Translations under genes and position numbers: made by a program | Part shown: piece by piece, positions 8,878 through 20,000 of the stretch | How positions within the stretch are numbered: the first letter of the stretch is position 1 | How the letters are laid out: every line of letters starts with the position of its first letter | Assembly: GCA_022813965.1 (NCBI GenBank) | Contig: JALDZS010000132.1 | Coordinates: 51,901-71,900 of the forward strand | Origin: Toensbergia leucococca | Taxonomy: Eukaryota | Reading direction: 5' to 3' | DNA: 20,000 nucleotides | Notes under the pieces: generated by a model | The model's database searches: none | What the model was told of the DNA's origin: nothing | Seen by the model: only the letters and a program-made list of their open reading frames with translations

Positions 8878-9438
8878 TGTGAAAAAGTTTTGTCGGTAGA
8901 AGAAGAAGAGTATAATTGAGAGCTCCAGTGGTGTTCCACAGCGAAGAGACTGAAAAGGGCTAGAGGTGAATTCGTATTATCTTGAGGATCGATTCAAGGT
9001 TCATAGAAATAGCCTTGAGATAAATGGGGAAAGCAGCTCACTATAGGGCTGTCAGATTATGAGGAATCTCATCAACAACTGACCAGCAAGTCACATGGCT
9101 GCATCTGGAATCCCGATACAATTCTTCCATGGGACGGGATGCAGCAATAATCCGGATTGGCAAACAACGGGTAGCATGAACTTGGCCAAGAAGAAGCTGG
9201 ATGCGAAATTTGTCCAGATTCTTCTGTGTAGAGCTCAGTATGACACCTTCAAGGTGCAAATGCCTCGTAACAAGTGCCCACTTTGCATCTTTGCACCTGC
9301 TAGCTTGCTTCGGCTTAATGGTGAATACGGCATTTTACTCAGCCTTGCCTGTGAGAAGCCTTTCTGTCAGCCATTGGGATGAGCTAGGCTCGGCTAAAAC
9401 TCGTGTTGTGTCGTAAACGGTGTCTAAGAAAAGACGTG

Positions 9439-9462
9439 GACGCTGCGACGCTGCGACGCTGC
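9439..9462 (+). repeat. Short tandem repeat (GACGCTGC)x3
   Basis: Three perfect 8-bp units at 9439, 9447 and 9455, downstream of the REV1 stop. Confidence 0.9.
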
Positions 9463-9616
9463 ATCCATTGGAGAAGCGGGGAAATGCAGAGGTAGGGGTG
9501 GTGTGTCATGCAGCTATCATATCGCGGCGAACGCCCGTCAGACCTGAATGCTGCACCTTTGCCTCTGGGTTCAATACGAATGATCCTTCATGTCATTAAG
9601 ATGACCTTGCCAACAA

Positions 9617-12600
9617 TTAGAAAACAACGGCACCTAAACCTCGGCCCTTCACAGCCATCTGAACACCCGCCTCAACCCTACCCAAAGCCGCCTTCCAGGA
9701 CTCTGCAGCATTTCTTGTCTCGCTTTTATGCTCCATAACCCAACTTAGCCAATGCACTACCCTCACAGCTTTTGCCATATCTCTTTCCTCACCTACAACC
9801 TTCTGCAGATATACTACCAGCGCCTCTATGTCTTCTTCATACGGCCCCTCCTCTTGGAACTCTTCGAACCACGCACTTACCGCCTCCCTTAGGTCTGATA
9901 TAGCTGTCAGTTTCTTCGCCGTGAATGTTGGCTTTGGTGGCTTAGGAGGCAAGTGAAGATATCGTTGGCCGGGTGGTGGATGAACAGGCGTAGGACGTGC
10001 CAGTTTTTTCTTGGCCGTCAGATCAATGCCACCGAGTTTCTTGAGTCGGTCCCGCCGTTGCTGAGCAAGGATCTCGCGTCGAATGTCATCTGGGAGAGCA
10101 GACAGAAAATCGTCGGAGACTTCTTCCGTGTCTGGTGGAAGGCTCACACTGCCAAGAGTCTCGGATCTCGAAGGAGCTCGATTAGCGACGAAGTTCGACT
10201 GGGTGAGTGTGGAATTAACGTTGGATCTGATATTCTTCTTGCCGCGGGAGAGAAGGCCTGTGCATCTCTTTGTTGGAGTAACAATTTTCTTGCTTGAATC
10301 GTTGACAGCGCGCACTTTCCGAGGGGACTGTGGGAGCAGCCTTTGGCCACTAGGTTTTTGAGGAGATTTGTCGTAAAATGCGAGAACTTCGGCGCGAACA
10401 TCGCTAGGAAGAGCATCTAAGGTTTCTTGATCCAGCTGAGAATGGGACGGTAGACTGGTTGAGGTCAAAGCTGGTGAAGAAGACCGAGCTTTGACGCTTG
10501 GTATCTCTTCCCGGAATCTGGGGCTGGTAGACTGATTTGGTAATAACTTCGATCTGATGTCAGCAGGAAGCTCTGCAAGCACAGCTGGATCCACCTGAGT
10601 GGGCATGACAAATTGTGTACCCATCGTGTTGAGAGGTTTGTGACGCTCATCATCTGGCATTTGAAAGACAGCTCCTTGCTCCGTTGATGTGAGGCGTGGT
10701 TTGTGCGGACTTGGTAAATCGTCAATGATCGGGTCGTCTTGATGAATTGGTGTGTTGTTCGCAGAAGAGGGCTTGAATTTAAGATGACGAGTTGGTGTGT
10801 TATTTGGATTAGAGGTTGTAAACTGAAGGAGTTTCTGACTGCTCTCCATCGGGCTTTCTGCCACGGCTTTGAGCGGTTCTAATCGAGTCATTTGCACTCC
10901 AATGCCTCTCAACTCACCCGGAGAGAAGGCCCAGCCCCGCATAATAGAGATTGCTTCACGACCAAGGATTTCTTTTTCATTCGTTGCTACCCCTAACACT
11001 ATACTCTTGTTGAACGTGTCACATTTACCGTGGCCCAGATGCTTAGGTGGGTCCAACGGGGCATCTGCAGCACGTCTCATGATCTTCATCGTGAGCTGCC
11101 GTCCCTTGGCTTTCTCGTTATCGAGACGCCGATGGAGTTCATCGCACAAGCATTGAACAAATTCATCGGCCTGATCCTGATTCACGAAACGTATGCCCCA
11201 GTTGACTTCTGCTGAAACAGATTTGCGTGTGACATGCTCTCCAACCTCCATCCGGTCAATGCCACGCGAATAATCCCAGATTTTCTCCCCAGTCTTCGGC
11301 CCGAGAGTTGACATCAGCTTCTCTTTCGAGAGTTCTCGTACATCTTTCACGTATTTGACGCCAATTTCTTCCAATTTGCCTCCTATGCTGTAAGCAACTC
11401 CAGGTAGATCTTGTACCGTCAAATCACCAACAAAATCGAGCACTTCATCGGGTTTGATGTGGTATTGTCCAGCAGGTTTCGCCTTTCTTAACGCGACTTT
11501 TGCCAAGAGAATGTTTCCTCCTATGCCGACTGAAACGGCACAGCCAGTTTTATGCTTTATCTGGTCGCGGAGCCCTTGCGCAATCTCGTCTGCCTTGGCT
11601 TCTGCCCGCCAAATACTCCCTTCGTGAACACCTTTTCCGTCGTGGCCGCTAGCTGCAACACATATGGAACTAATGTCAATCAGCGCTTCATCCACGCTGA
11701 CGCTTTGCACAAGCCCGTCGGTGCTCATGATGACGTCGTAGAAGCTTCTACTAGCCTCTTCATATGCTTTGAAATCATATGGAAGTACCTTCAAATTTGC
11801 ACACAGTTGCTGCGCTGTTTTCATCCACATGCCGTTCTTGACACCGAATTGACGGGCTGGGTAATTACAACTTGCTATTTCAGACCCAGAACCGCCACCA
11901 TGTGCCACCACAGCCGGTTTGTCAACATATTGAGGATATTTTCTTAAAGAAACAGCGGCGAAAAAGCTATCGAAATCAACATGAAGAATATATCTCCTCG
12001 ATCCAGGAGCTCGTTTCTGACGAGATTTCTGTGACGACGACTTTTTCGAGGCCAAAGCCTGGAGCTGGGACTTTAGGTCTGCCTTCCAGGTTGACAAGTG
12101 GTGCAGCCGTGACTCTTCGTAATATTGCTTCAGGAAACCAGGATTAACCACTGTTGATTTCCATACCCGAGGGTCTGCTAGGAGAACAGCGTTGTGCTCC
12201 TCAGCAGACAATTTAGTGTTCTTGGCAATTGACGAAGGATCACCATCATGTAGATCTTGAGTCAACTTGGCTTGAACAGAGCTATCCAAAGTTAACTCTT
12301 GATTATTATTAGAATAAGGATCCGACAAGGATTCGTCGAAATTAAAAGAGATTTCCGAACCAGGCACAGTCGCCCTTAAGTCTCCCTTCGAAGCACTGTT
12401 GCTCTTCCCTTCAGTGTCAATCTCGTCCAGGCTTGGAGATTGATGCAGAACTGTTGACATTGGATTCTCTCCTGTCTGATGACAGGATAGCCTGGAAGTG
12501 TCATTCTCTCCATCATTTACAGTTGGCGATATTTGGGCGCTGGAAAAGGGTATATCAAAGTCTTCATAGTCAGAGCCTCTAAGATCAAGTTCTTCTGCTA

Positions 12601-13177
12601 CGCTCTTTATCTGCTCAGTATACCAGCTGGTATTGGTCTGATCTCTGTAGCCTTCATGATGGTAGTTGACTTGGCTGGTCACATTACCGTTATCAAAGCC
12701 GAGGACCTGCTGACCAACACCTTCGTCAACGACTCTGTATCCGTCCCACGGCAGCAGCTTACCAGCTTGGACACTATCCACTACCCAAGCTGGCTTCACT
12801 ATGCGATATTTCCGGAATTCTATCTTTTTCTTCGGCGTCAGGTTGCTCGCAATGATGTGGGTGACCTTTGTCTTTCCATCTAGGTATTGCATGAAGCCAC
12901 CACCATGACTAACGACGAGAACATGTAAGTCATTTAGAGAAGGCTGAGTATAACCATTTACATGCGCGACGACGCCCCGAAATATTGAGGAGTTCGTAGT
13001 GGATTGTGACCGTAGCTCTGTATCGAGATTTTGCAGTTTAATTTTCTTTCGGCGAAAATAATCCGTGAAGCCCCCAAACTTCGATGGCTCGTACTCATCT
13101 CCTTCTTCATTCTCGAACTTGTGCTTTTCAATCCTCTTCCGTACCACGGAGGAATTTGCCTCCAATCTGGAACCCAT
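9617..13177 (-). CDS. REV1: DNA repair protein REV1 (Y-family deoxycytidyl transferase), single exon, 1186 aa
   Basis: N-terminal FGGFTDYFRRKKIKLQ, BRCT domain (IFRGVVAHVNGYTQP...VKPAWVVDS), SRLHHLSTWK, catalytic HVDFDSFFA and SVDEA, RKSVSAEVNWGIRF, KHLGHGKCD, three UBM-like motifs (LAELPADIR, LDALPSDVR, LSALPDDIR) and a Rev1 C-terminal domain. Confidence 0.97.
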   Translation of the reverse strand: MGSRLEANSSVVRKRIEKHKFENEEGDEYEPSKFGGFTDYFRRKKIKLQNLDTELRSQSTTNSSIFRGVVAHVNGYTQPSLNDLHVLVVSHGGGFMQYLDGKTKVTHIIASNLTPKKKIEFRKYRIVKPAWVVDSVQAGKLLPWDGYRVVDEGVGQQVLGFDNGNVTSQVNYHHEGYRDQTNTSWYTEQIKSVAEELDLRGSDYEDFDIPFSSAQISPTVNDGENDTSRLSCHQTGENPMSTVLHQSPSLDEIDTEGKSNSASKGDLRATVPGSEISFNFDESLSDPYSNNNQELTLDSSVQAKLTQDLHDGDPSSIAKNTKLSAEEHNAVLLADPRVWKSTVVNPGFLKQYYEESRLHHLSTWKADLKSQLQALASKKSSSQKSRQKRAPGSRRYILHVDFDSFFAAVSLRKYPQYVDKPAVVAHGGGSGSEIASCNYPARQFGVKNGMWMKTAQQLCANLKVLPYDFKAYEEASRSFYDVIMSTDGLVQSVSVDEALIDISSICVAASGHDGKGVHEGSIWRAEAKADEIAQGLRDQIKHKTGCAVSVGIGGNILLAKVALRKAKPAGQYHIKPDEVLDFVGDLTVQDLPGVAYSIGGKLEEIGVKYVKDVRELSKEKLMSTLGPKTGEKIWDYSRGIDRMEVGEHVTRKSVSAEVNWGIRFVNQDQADEFVQCLCDELHRRLDNEKAKGRQLTMKIMRRAADAPLDPPKHLGHGKCDTFNKSIVLGVATNEKEILGREAISIMRGWAFSPGELRGIGVQMTRLEPLKAVAESPMESSQKLLQFTTSNPNNTPTRHLKFKPSSANNTPIHQDDPIIDDLPSPHKPRLTSTEQGAVFQMPDDERHKPLNTMGTQFVMPTQVDPAVLAELPADIRSKLLPNQSTSPRFREEIPSVKARSSSPALTSTSLPSHSQLDQETLDALPSDVRAEVLAFYDKSPQKPSGQRLLPQSPRKVRAVNDSSKKIVTPTKRCTGLLSRGKKNIRSNVNSTLTQSNFVANRAPSRSETLGSVSLPPDTEEVSDDFLSALPDDIRREILAQQRRDRLKKLGGIDLTAKKKLARPTPVHPPPGQRYLHLPPKPPKPTFTAKKLTAISDLREAVSAWFEEFQEEGPYEEDIEALVVYLQKVVGEERDMAKAVRVVHWLSWVMEHKSETRNAAESWKAALGRVEAGVQMAVKGRGLGAVVF

Positions 13178-13575
13178 GACTCAAGCACGACCCTATCTTT
13201 CTCGTGGGTTGCGAGGTCTGGGGAGCTGCAGTAGCTCTAGAAGAGTCGCAGTCGCAAGACCTGGCGAGGTGAGTGACATGGTGATGCTAGGATAGAGCTT
13301 GGCGATGGAGACAAAGATTCGTGACACCCGTCACAGTCTGGGGTATCCGTATTCCATCTAGTACAAGTTAGGCCTAGTCAGCTGTAAATTTCGATACACA
13401 ACGGATAGCAAAAAAAGTTCGCCGAAGCTTCTGAACTTTCACAACACAATATTTCTCTGTAAATCTACTCCGTGTTACACATCCACAACGTCCATTAGCA
13501 ACGTTAAGTAAGCGTAAGGCTTGTGGAGCTCAGTATTGGTCTGTTCATTATCTTGCAATCGACCAGTCTTCCCCA
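13178..13575. promoter_or_regulatory. Short divergent (probably bidirectional) promoter between REV1 and FPR4
   Basis: 398 bp separate the head-to-head start codons. A small inverted repeat GTGAC-ACCC-GTCAC lies at 13321-13334. Confidence 0.55.
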
Positions 13576-15420
13576 ATGTCGAGTCTACTGCCAGTAGCAG
13601 TCTACGGACTCAAAGTCCCAGCTGGCGATGTCATGATCCCAGCTCTTACTGATTTCCCTGCGACGGTATGCCCGCTGATCTAACCTAGCAATGTCTTCAG
13701 GCGCGTCCCTTGAGCTCAATATTTGGCTTACTTCTATCTAGTTCCGCATCACTATGGCCGCCATTGATCCAAGCGCTATTCCAGAACATACTGGGACGGC
13801 CAATGGCAACACTCCTGCGAGAGCAACGCTTAAGATTATTTATGCCCCAAGCGGTTTTAGCGACGATGAAGATTCAGAGGAAGATTCGGACGAAGAAGAT
13901 TATCTCAAAGCGCTATTAGCCGGTGCTGGTCCTGATTCTGACACTAATGAGGAGTCTCTGAGTGAGGAGGAAGAGGCAAACGGTGGACCTAGCGATCCTC
14001 TAAAGACTAAGAAGGCGCGAAAGCAAGCTGCCTTGGAGCAAGCGATCAAGGGTCTTGCCGAAAAGGATAGCGATGACGAAATGGAGGTAGATGGTTCAAG
14101 TCCTTTGGTCTCTGCGGCAAAAAAAGGCAAGGGCAAAGCGATCAGTAAGAAGACAATAGATGACGAGGATGGTATCGAGGAGGAGGACGACGAGGACGAA
14201 AGCCCAGAAGAAACAGAAGAGCTTGTACTATGCACACTAGATCCGCTCAAGGTACGTGTAACCTTTTGGAAACTCTCGTTTGTTTCTGAAAGCTAATCAT
14301 CTGTGTCAGGCTTATCAACAACCACTCGATCTCACAATTGGGGAAGATCAACGCGTTTTTTTCAAGGTTTCTGGGACTCATGCCATCTACCTTACAGGCA
14401 ATTATGTGATACCGGCTGAAGCCGGACATAGCCATAGTCATCAACAAGATATCTACGATAGAGAAGATGATGAGGAGGATTATGATCTATCTCCAGACGA
14501 AGAAGAGCTGGACGAGGACGAGAGCGATGAGCTTGACGACATTGAAGACCCTCGAATAACTGAGCTTGCATCTGAGGAAGAGGAAGTACCCAAGCTCATA
14601 CAGAACGAAGCGCCTGTAAAAAAAGGAAAAAATAAGCGCGCTGCCGATGATTCTGAGCATGAGCCAGCAAGCCTGGATGACCTGATAGCAAAATCTATCA
14701 AACCAGCAGAGCCAACCACAAATGGCGAGCCCAAGCTGAGCAAGAAGCAGCTCAAGAAACTGAAAAACAATGCTGGCAAGGCGGTAGAGGTGGCTGTTGA
14801 GAACAAGAGTGGCAAGAAGGAAGAACCCACTACCAAGGACAGCCCCAGTGGAAAAGGTGATAAGAAGGTCCAATTTGCAAAGAACCTAGAGCAAGGCCCA
14901 TCAAGTGTGGTCAGAGATATAAAACTGGAGGGTAAAGCAGACCCAAAAGCAGACCCAAAAGCAGACACAAAAGCAGACACCAAGAAGGAGGGCGAGAAGG
15001 CAAAAGCTAGCCTAGGTCTGAAAACAGTCCAAGGAGTCAAAATAGATGATAGGAAGCTCGGCAAGGGGCCTGCTGCGAAGAAAGGAGACCAGGTTGGTAT
15101 GAGATATATTGGGAAGCTCCAGGATGGGAAGGTCTTCGATGGTACGTGAATGATTGTGAATCAGGCTTATTCCTTCTCTCTCATTAATACCATGTATGGC
15201 TGACTTGACTTCAGCCAACAAATCGGGCAAGGCGTTGACTTTTACGATTGGAAATGGCGATGTCATCAAGGGATGGGACATTGGTATTGCGGGCATGTCT
15301 ACTGGAGGCGAACGACGGATTATTGTTCCGGCCAAGCTGGCATACGGTGGCAAAGCAATGCCTGGCATACCTGCCAACTCTGAACTCACTTTCGACGTTA
15401 AGCTGCTCGAGATCAAATAG
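13576..15420 (+). CDS. FPR4: Nuclear FK506-binding protein (nucleoplasmin-like domain + acidic/basic tracts + FKBP PPIase), 4 exons: 13576-13665, 13742-14251, 14310-15141, 15215-15420; 545 aa
   Basis: [18 protein letters not shown]...[14 protein letters not shown]...[41 protein letters not shown] (nucleoplasmin-like core). C-terminal FKBP domain [22 protein letters not shown]...[12 protein letters not shown]...[13 protein letters not shown]...[17 protein letters not shown]. All three introns are GT..AG and in frame. Confidence 0.93.
14934..14981 (+). repeat. Coding 12-bp tandem repeat x4 (AAAGCAGACMCM) encoding [16 protein letters not shown] in FPR4
   Basis: Units start at 14934, 14946, 14958 and 14970. 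Confidence 0.9.
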
Positions 15421-15818
15421 GCTCAGGGGGTCTTCTCAGATTGCAAAAAGGCGTCGTCCTCTGTTACATACCAATTTCTGCGACCAGCAGTCAGCGATCT
15501 CCGTATTCATTTCTTCCTTCACAGGTCAGTGCTCGCGTTGCATCGTTTCGAGATATCCGACTTGCGTTTGTTGAAGCAGGAATGAGGATATCTACGGATA
15601 CAGGAAAAGCCTTGCTTTTGATTCTTGGAGGTACAGGAGAATTAAAAACCTGTGATATGGATGGGTGTGCATTCTCAGTATGCCTAACAATGTATCTGCT
15701 TGCTCTCCTAATTTCTATCTCCATTCCTAAGAATACTTAGTCTCCATTGGGTTTAGCCAAAACCAGATTGACATTGAGACTGAGGTTGAGACGGACCATC
15801 ATTAGGCGCTATTTAGAC

Positions 15819-15876
15819 TATAAATACCATAGCTCGAATAGGTTACACTTTACTCCGTACCGCGTCGCGTACGCGT
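15819..15876 (+). promoter_or_regulatory. MCM4 promoter: clustered MCB (MluI cell-cycle box) elements and a TATA-like element
   Basis: CCGCGTCGCGTACGCGT (15860-15876) contains three CGCGT cores, including a perfect ACGCGT at 15871-15876, about 100 bp upstream of the ATG. TATAAATA at 15819-15826. Confidence 0.75.
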
Positions 15877-15973
15877 CCTTCGGAAATCAGTTTTCTTACT
15901 GGCTTCTCGTTCACCAAACTTGAAAACCACCGGCCACAAATAAATAAGTTGTATATCGTTCACTCTGCTAATA

Positions 15974-18900
15974 ATGTCGTCGCCAGCTGCTCGGCGGTCG
16001 CAGCGCAACTCACTCTCTGCAACACCTAGACGCTCAAGAAATCCCGACCAAACGACCAACAGTCTAGCAGTAACCACGGCTAGAAACTCACCCCCAGCAC
16101 AGCAGCCGGCAGGAACTCCTAGATCTTCTCGACAGAATGTAGCCGTACCTTCACCCCTTTTCCTCCGTTCGTCGCCCGTCAATGAAACTACAATGGCCAA
16201 TGGGGGTCAAAGGATGGACATCAGCTCGCCTCTGATACAATCTTCCATTGTGGCAGGAAATGACAACACCCCTAGGGGAAGACCGCAGCCACCTAATGGT
16301 ATGCCAGATATTAAACTCCTCGAGTATTTGATCACTGATGTAAGGTCTAGACTCTTCGCCAATACGCTATGCTTCAAGTTCAAGTCCGACTCGCGCTGTC
16401 AACGGCAATGTTAACCCTCAATCCTCGATTCCAAGCAGCAGTAGCGGTCTCTTTATGCGCTCTTCAAGACTGCCTGGTCCCGGTACATCTGGACTTAACA
16501 ACTCTAGACGAGGCGATATTCATTCCGACGTGTTCGGCTCTACGCCCAATCGTCGACGACGTATGTTTATAGATGAGAATGGTGTACCAGTCCGCGACGG
16601 CGCTCCGAACTCAGACGCAGCTACATTCTCGAACCTTGATCCCAATACGTCCGAAGCCGATGCCATTGGAGGCTCATCGACGAGGATCATATGGGGCACC
16701 AATATATCAATTCAAGACACCATGTCTACGTTCAAGGAGTTTCTCTTGGGCTATCAAAAGAAGTATCGAATGTGGACGGACGGGGCTACGGAGGACGAGA
16801 CCAGGGATCCGGACAGTGGCGGCAACGAGAGGGAGTATGTTGAGATGTTAAATCACATGCGCCATCTAGGAGTGACGGGGCTCAATCTGGATGTTCGTAA
16901 CTTGAAAGCCTTTCCATCCACAGTAAAACTATGGCATCAACTTCAAGCCTATCCACATGAAATTGTACCCCTAATGGACCAAGCAATCAAGGACATCATT
17001 GTCGACCAAGCAGAAGAAGAAATGTCCAGGCTGAGAGCTGAGCAACAGCAAAATTTTCAGACTCGTCTGCAAAACAGGCACGGAAGCTCCATGCCTTCAA
17101 TGTCTAGTTCCGAGGCCAACGGGCAGATTGACAGGGACGGGCCTACAGCTGTTCGAGATCTTGTCCAAGAGGTGGAAACGAAAGTATACAAAGTAAAACC
17201 CTTTGGCTTGGATAAAGCAGTCAATATGAGGGAACTAAATCCAAATGGTTTGTGCCATGTATAGTCAATCCTGTTATCGAGGTGTAATACTAAATGGTCA
17301 CAGATATGGACAAGATGGTCAGCATCAAAGGCCTTGTCATTCGCACTACGCCTGTTATACCAGACATGAAAACAGGTATGTACTTCATTTGAAAGAGAGA
17401 GCAGTAACAACTTTGTCTAACAAGCCGCCAAGCCTTTTTTCGCTGTCAGGTCTGCAATCATGCTGTCAATGTATCACTCGACAGAGGCAAGATTGCGGAG
17501 CCAACAAGATGCCCAAGGCAGGCCTGTGAATCTCAAAATTCCATGCAAATCGTGCACAACCGCTGCGAATTTGCCGATAAGCAGATTATAAAACTTCAAG
17601 AGACACCGGACAATGTACCGGATGGCCAGACCCCTCACTCTGTATCGCTTTGTGCCTATGAAGAACTCGTTGATGTTTGCAAGGCGGGGGATCGCATTGA
17701 GGTCACGGGTATTTTCCGAAGTAATCCAGTTCGCATCAATCCAAGACAGCGGACTATCAAAGCTCTATTCAAAACATACATCGACGTCTTACATATCCAG
17801 AAAGTTGACAAAAAGAGACTCGGAATCGACGTTTCAACTATCGAACAAGAACTTTCAGAGCAAGTGGCTGGGGATGTCGACCAAACGAGGAGAATCAGTG
17901 AGGACGAAGAACAAAAAATCAAAGCTACCGCGGCGCGTCACGACGTATACGAACTTCTGTCAAGATCATTGGCTCCTAGTATCTATGAAATGGATGACGT
18001 GAAGAAAGGCATCTTGCTTCAGCTTTTCGGAGGCACCAACAAATCCTTTGAAAAGGGAGGAAGTCCTAGATATCGAGGAGACATTAATGTGTTACTTTGC
18101 GGTGATCCATCCACTTCAAAATCTCAGCTCCTCCGATATGTCCATAAGATTGCTCCGCGAGGGGTATACACCAGTGGGAAGGGCTCATCCGCTGTCGGTC
18201 TCACGGCATACGTCAGTCGTGATCCCGAAACGCGACAACTGGTTCTCGAGTCCGGTGCTCTGGTATTGTCGGACGGTGGTGTGTGCTGTATTGACGAATT
18301 CGACAAGATGTCTGACTCCACTCGATCAGTCCTGCATGAAGTTATGGAACAACAGACTGTCTCAATTGCCAAAGCTGGCATCATTACCACTCTGAATGCA
18401 CGAACAAGCATCCTTGCATCAGCAAATCCGATAGGAAGTAAATACAACCCGAATCTGCCAGTACCGCAGAACATTGATTTGCCGCCTACGCTGCTCTCAA
18501 GATTTGATCTCGTATACCTCGTCCTAGATCGAATCGATGAGCAAAATGACCGCAGGTTGGCGCGACATCTAGTCGGCATGTATCTTGAAGACAGTCCCGA
18601 GAATGCAAGCAATCAAGAGATTCTGGTGAGTTTCTTTCATTCTGACATGGTGGAGCCCCCATAAGTCTAATACACTCGTAGCCCGTCGAGTTCTTAACCT
18701 CGTACATATCTTATGCTCGAACTAAATGTCAGCCACGAATCACGCAGGCAGCGTCGGAAGAGCTAGTACGGTCTTATGTCGAAATGCGAAAGCTAGGAGA
18801 AGACGTCCGTGCTGCCGAAAGACGCATCACGGCGACGACGCGGCAGCTTGAATCAATGATCCGTCTTGCAGAGGCTCATGCAAAAATGAGACTTTCGGAA

Positions 18901-19269
18901 GAAGTCACTGCGAACGATGTGACTGAAGCAGTACGGCTAATCAAGTCGGCACTCAAGCAAGCTGCGACGGACTCGAGGACTGGTCTTATTGACATGGGTC
19001 TGTTGACAGAAGGCACAAGTGCCAGCGAAAGACGAAGAAAGCAAGACCTTAAGAAGGCGATCACTGATCTCCTGGATGAAATGACAAGACAAGGTGGAGC
19101 AGCTAGATATGCAGATGTGTACAAGAGAATCAGCGAGCAAGGCAGTGCTCAAGTTGAGAGCAACGAGTTTGCGGAGGCCTTGAGGTCCTTGGAGCAAGAA
19201 GGCCAAGTGTCAATTGGTGGTGAAGGTCCTAGAAGGACTATAAGGAGGGTTACTGGTGTTGCCCAATGA
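15974..19269 (+). CDS. MCM4: DNA replication licensing factor MCM4, 5 exons: 15974-16298, 16351-17247, 17304-17375, 17433-18625, 18682-19269; 1024 aa
   Basis: S/T-P-rich N-terminus, [29 protein letters not shown], Zn finger CQVC...[14 protein letters not shown], Walker A variant GDPSTSKSQ (MCM4-type), CCIDEFDKM, arginine finger LLSRFDL and [10 protein letters not shown]. Four GT..AG introns preserve the frame. Confidence 0.97.
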
Positions 19270-19649
19270 CCAAGAGGAGACTTCATTTACATGTAGAGGC
19301 GTAGGTCGGAGTTGATTTGGATGCTCGATGGTGGCACAACTCTCAGCAATCAAACGTCTAGTGACGGACAGAGATAAACTTCCTTCTCCTTGACGGAGAT
19401 TGAGTCTGTACATGCATACCGTATAATCTGTCATATAAGATACTAGTCCTATAGTCCGTTCATCGTCTGAAGTCCAATTGGAACCATATCTAATACTTCA
19501 GTAGTATCTTTAAGACAAAACCATGTCTTATACTCGGTCCTCGGGCAAGGTCTGAGCTGAGAAGAAATACATTCACTTGAGAAATTCACCATACTCGCTA
19601 CCAACCTCTCTAACACATCCCCGCCTCATCTTTACACATCTATCTAGTC

Positions 19650-20000
19650 ATGACCCTCACTCATACTCCCTCAAAGGGACAGATCACTGAACTAGCTGAT
19701 GAGCATTATGATAAATACGATGAGAAGTATGCTTCCGGAAAGTACAGTGTAGGTGAAAGACGTGTGATGCTAACAGAATGAGTGGGTAAGGCTTGAAGGG
19801 AACTGCATAGAGATAAAGCAGACTTGATACGCAAAACCTTCAGACAAGTAGGACTTTCCCTAGCTGTGAATGGGAGCGAGGATAAGGAGTTATGGATCAA
19901 GGATATATCAGATATTCAGGTGGGGGACTGGACTAGAAGATCTGAAGAAACAATCAATCTTGACTCAGTGGATGAAAATAAGGAGGAAGGAGAGGAGAAA
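19650..20000 (+). mobile_element. Degenerate pogo/Tc1-mariner-type (DDE_1) transposase C-terminal remnant, running off the right edge
   Basis: The frame from 19683 reads ITELADEHYDKYDEKYASGKYSVGERRVMLTE*VGKA*RELHRDKADLIRKTFRQVGLSLAVNGSEDKELWIKDISDIQVGDW... This matches the pogo post-DDE pattern WVxxAW...IxxxFxxxGlslxxDGSED, with both Trp codons as TGA (19779, 19794). Not in the ORF track. Confidence 0.78.

Noticed and set aside
9095..9382. 95-aa Cys-containing plus-strand ORF
   Set aside because: No signal peptide or recognisable motif, and it lies in the upstream region of the secreted-protein gene. It cannot be supported without expression data.
17376..17432. AAG 3' splice site in MCM4 intron 3
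   Set aside because: Less common than YAG but well within normal fungal usage. It follows a CTAAC branch point and restores the conserved AFFRC.
9953..19206. Numerous antisense and alternate-frame ORFs within REV1, FPR4 and MCM4 (e.g. 14480-15064, 18124-18612)
   Set aside because: These are shadow ORFs of conserved coding sequence. The Ser/Phe-rich ones mirror the acidic and Lys-rich tracts.
1..20000. CRISPR arrays, tRNA/rRNA genes, prokaryotic operons
   Set aside because: No repeat-spacer array or structured RNA gene was recognised by eye, and the DNA is clearly eukaryotic. Small ncRNAs cannot be excluded without an Infernal/tRNAscan-SE run.

Overview
Eukaryotic, intron-containing DNA from a filamentous ascomycete (short GT-AG introns with CTRAY branch points; Pezizomycotina-type genes). 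The right half is a housekeeping block: intronless REV1 (-), a divergent nucleoplasmin/FKBP histone chaperone FPR4 (+) and MCM4 (+) with MCB boxes in its promoter. It ends in a mutated pogo-like transposase relic. The left ~9.5 kb looks accessory. It holds the 5' part of a probable HET-domain gene running off the left edge (missed by the ORF track), a dihydropyrimidinase, and a small ankyrin gene sitting on an extreme C-to-G strand-skew flip. It also holds a metacaspase with no apparent prodomain, a frameshifted myristoylation-motif/zinc-ribbon gene relic divergent from it, a broken pRiA4b ORF3-family gene and a small secreted protein. The best leads are a possible cell-death/immunity neighbourhood, the skew island, and an apparent CpC-biased (non-canonical RIP-like) mutation signature. 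All calls come from reading motifs by eye; no database searches were run.
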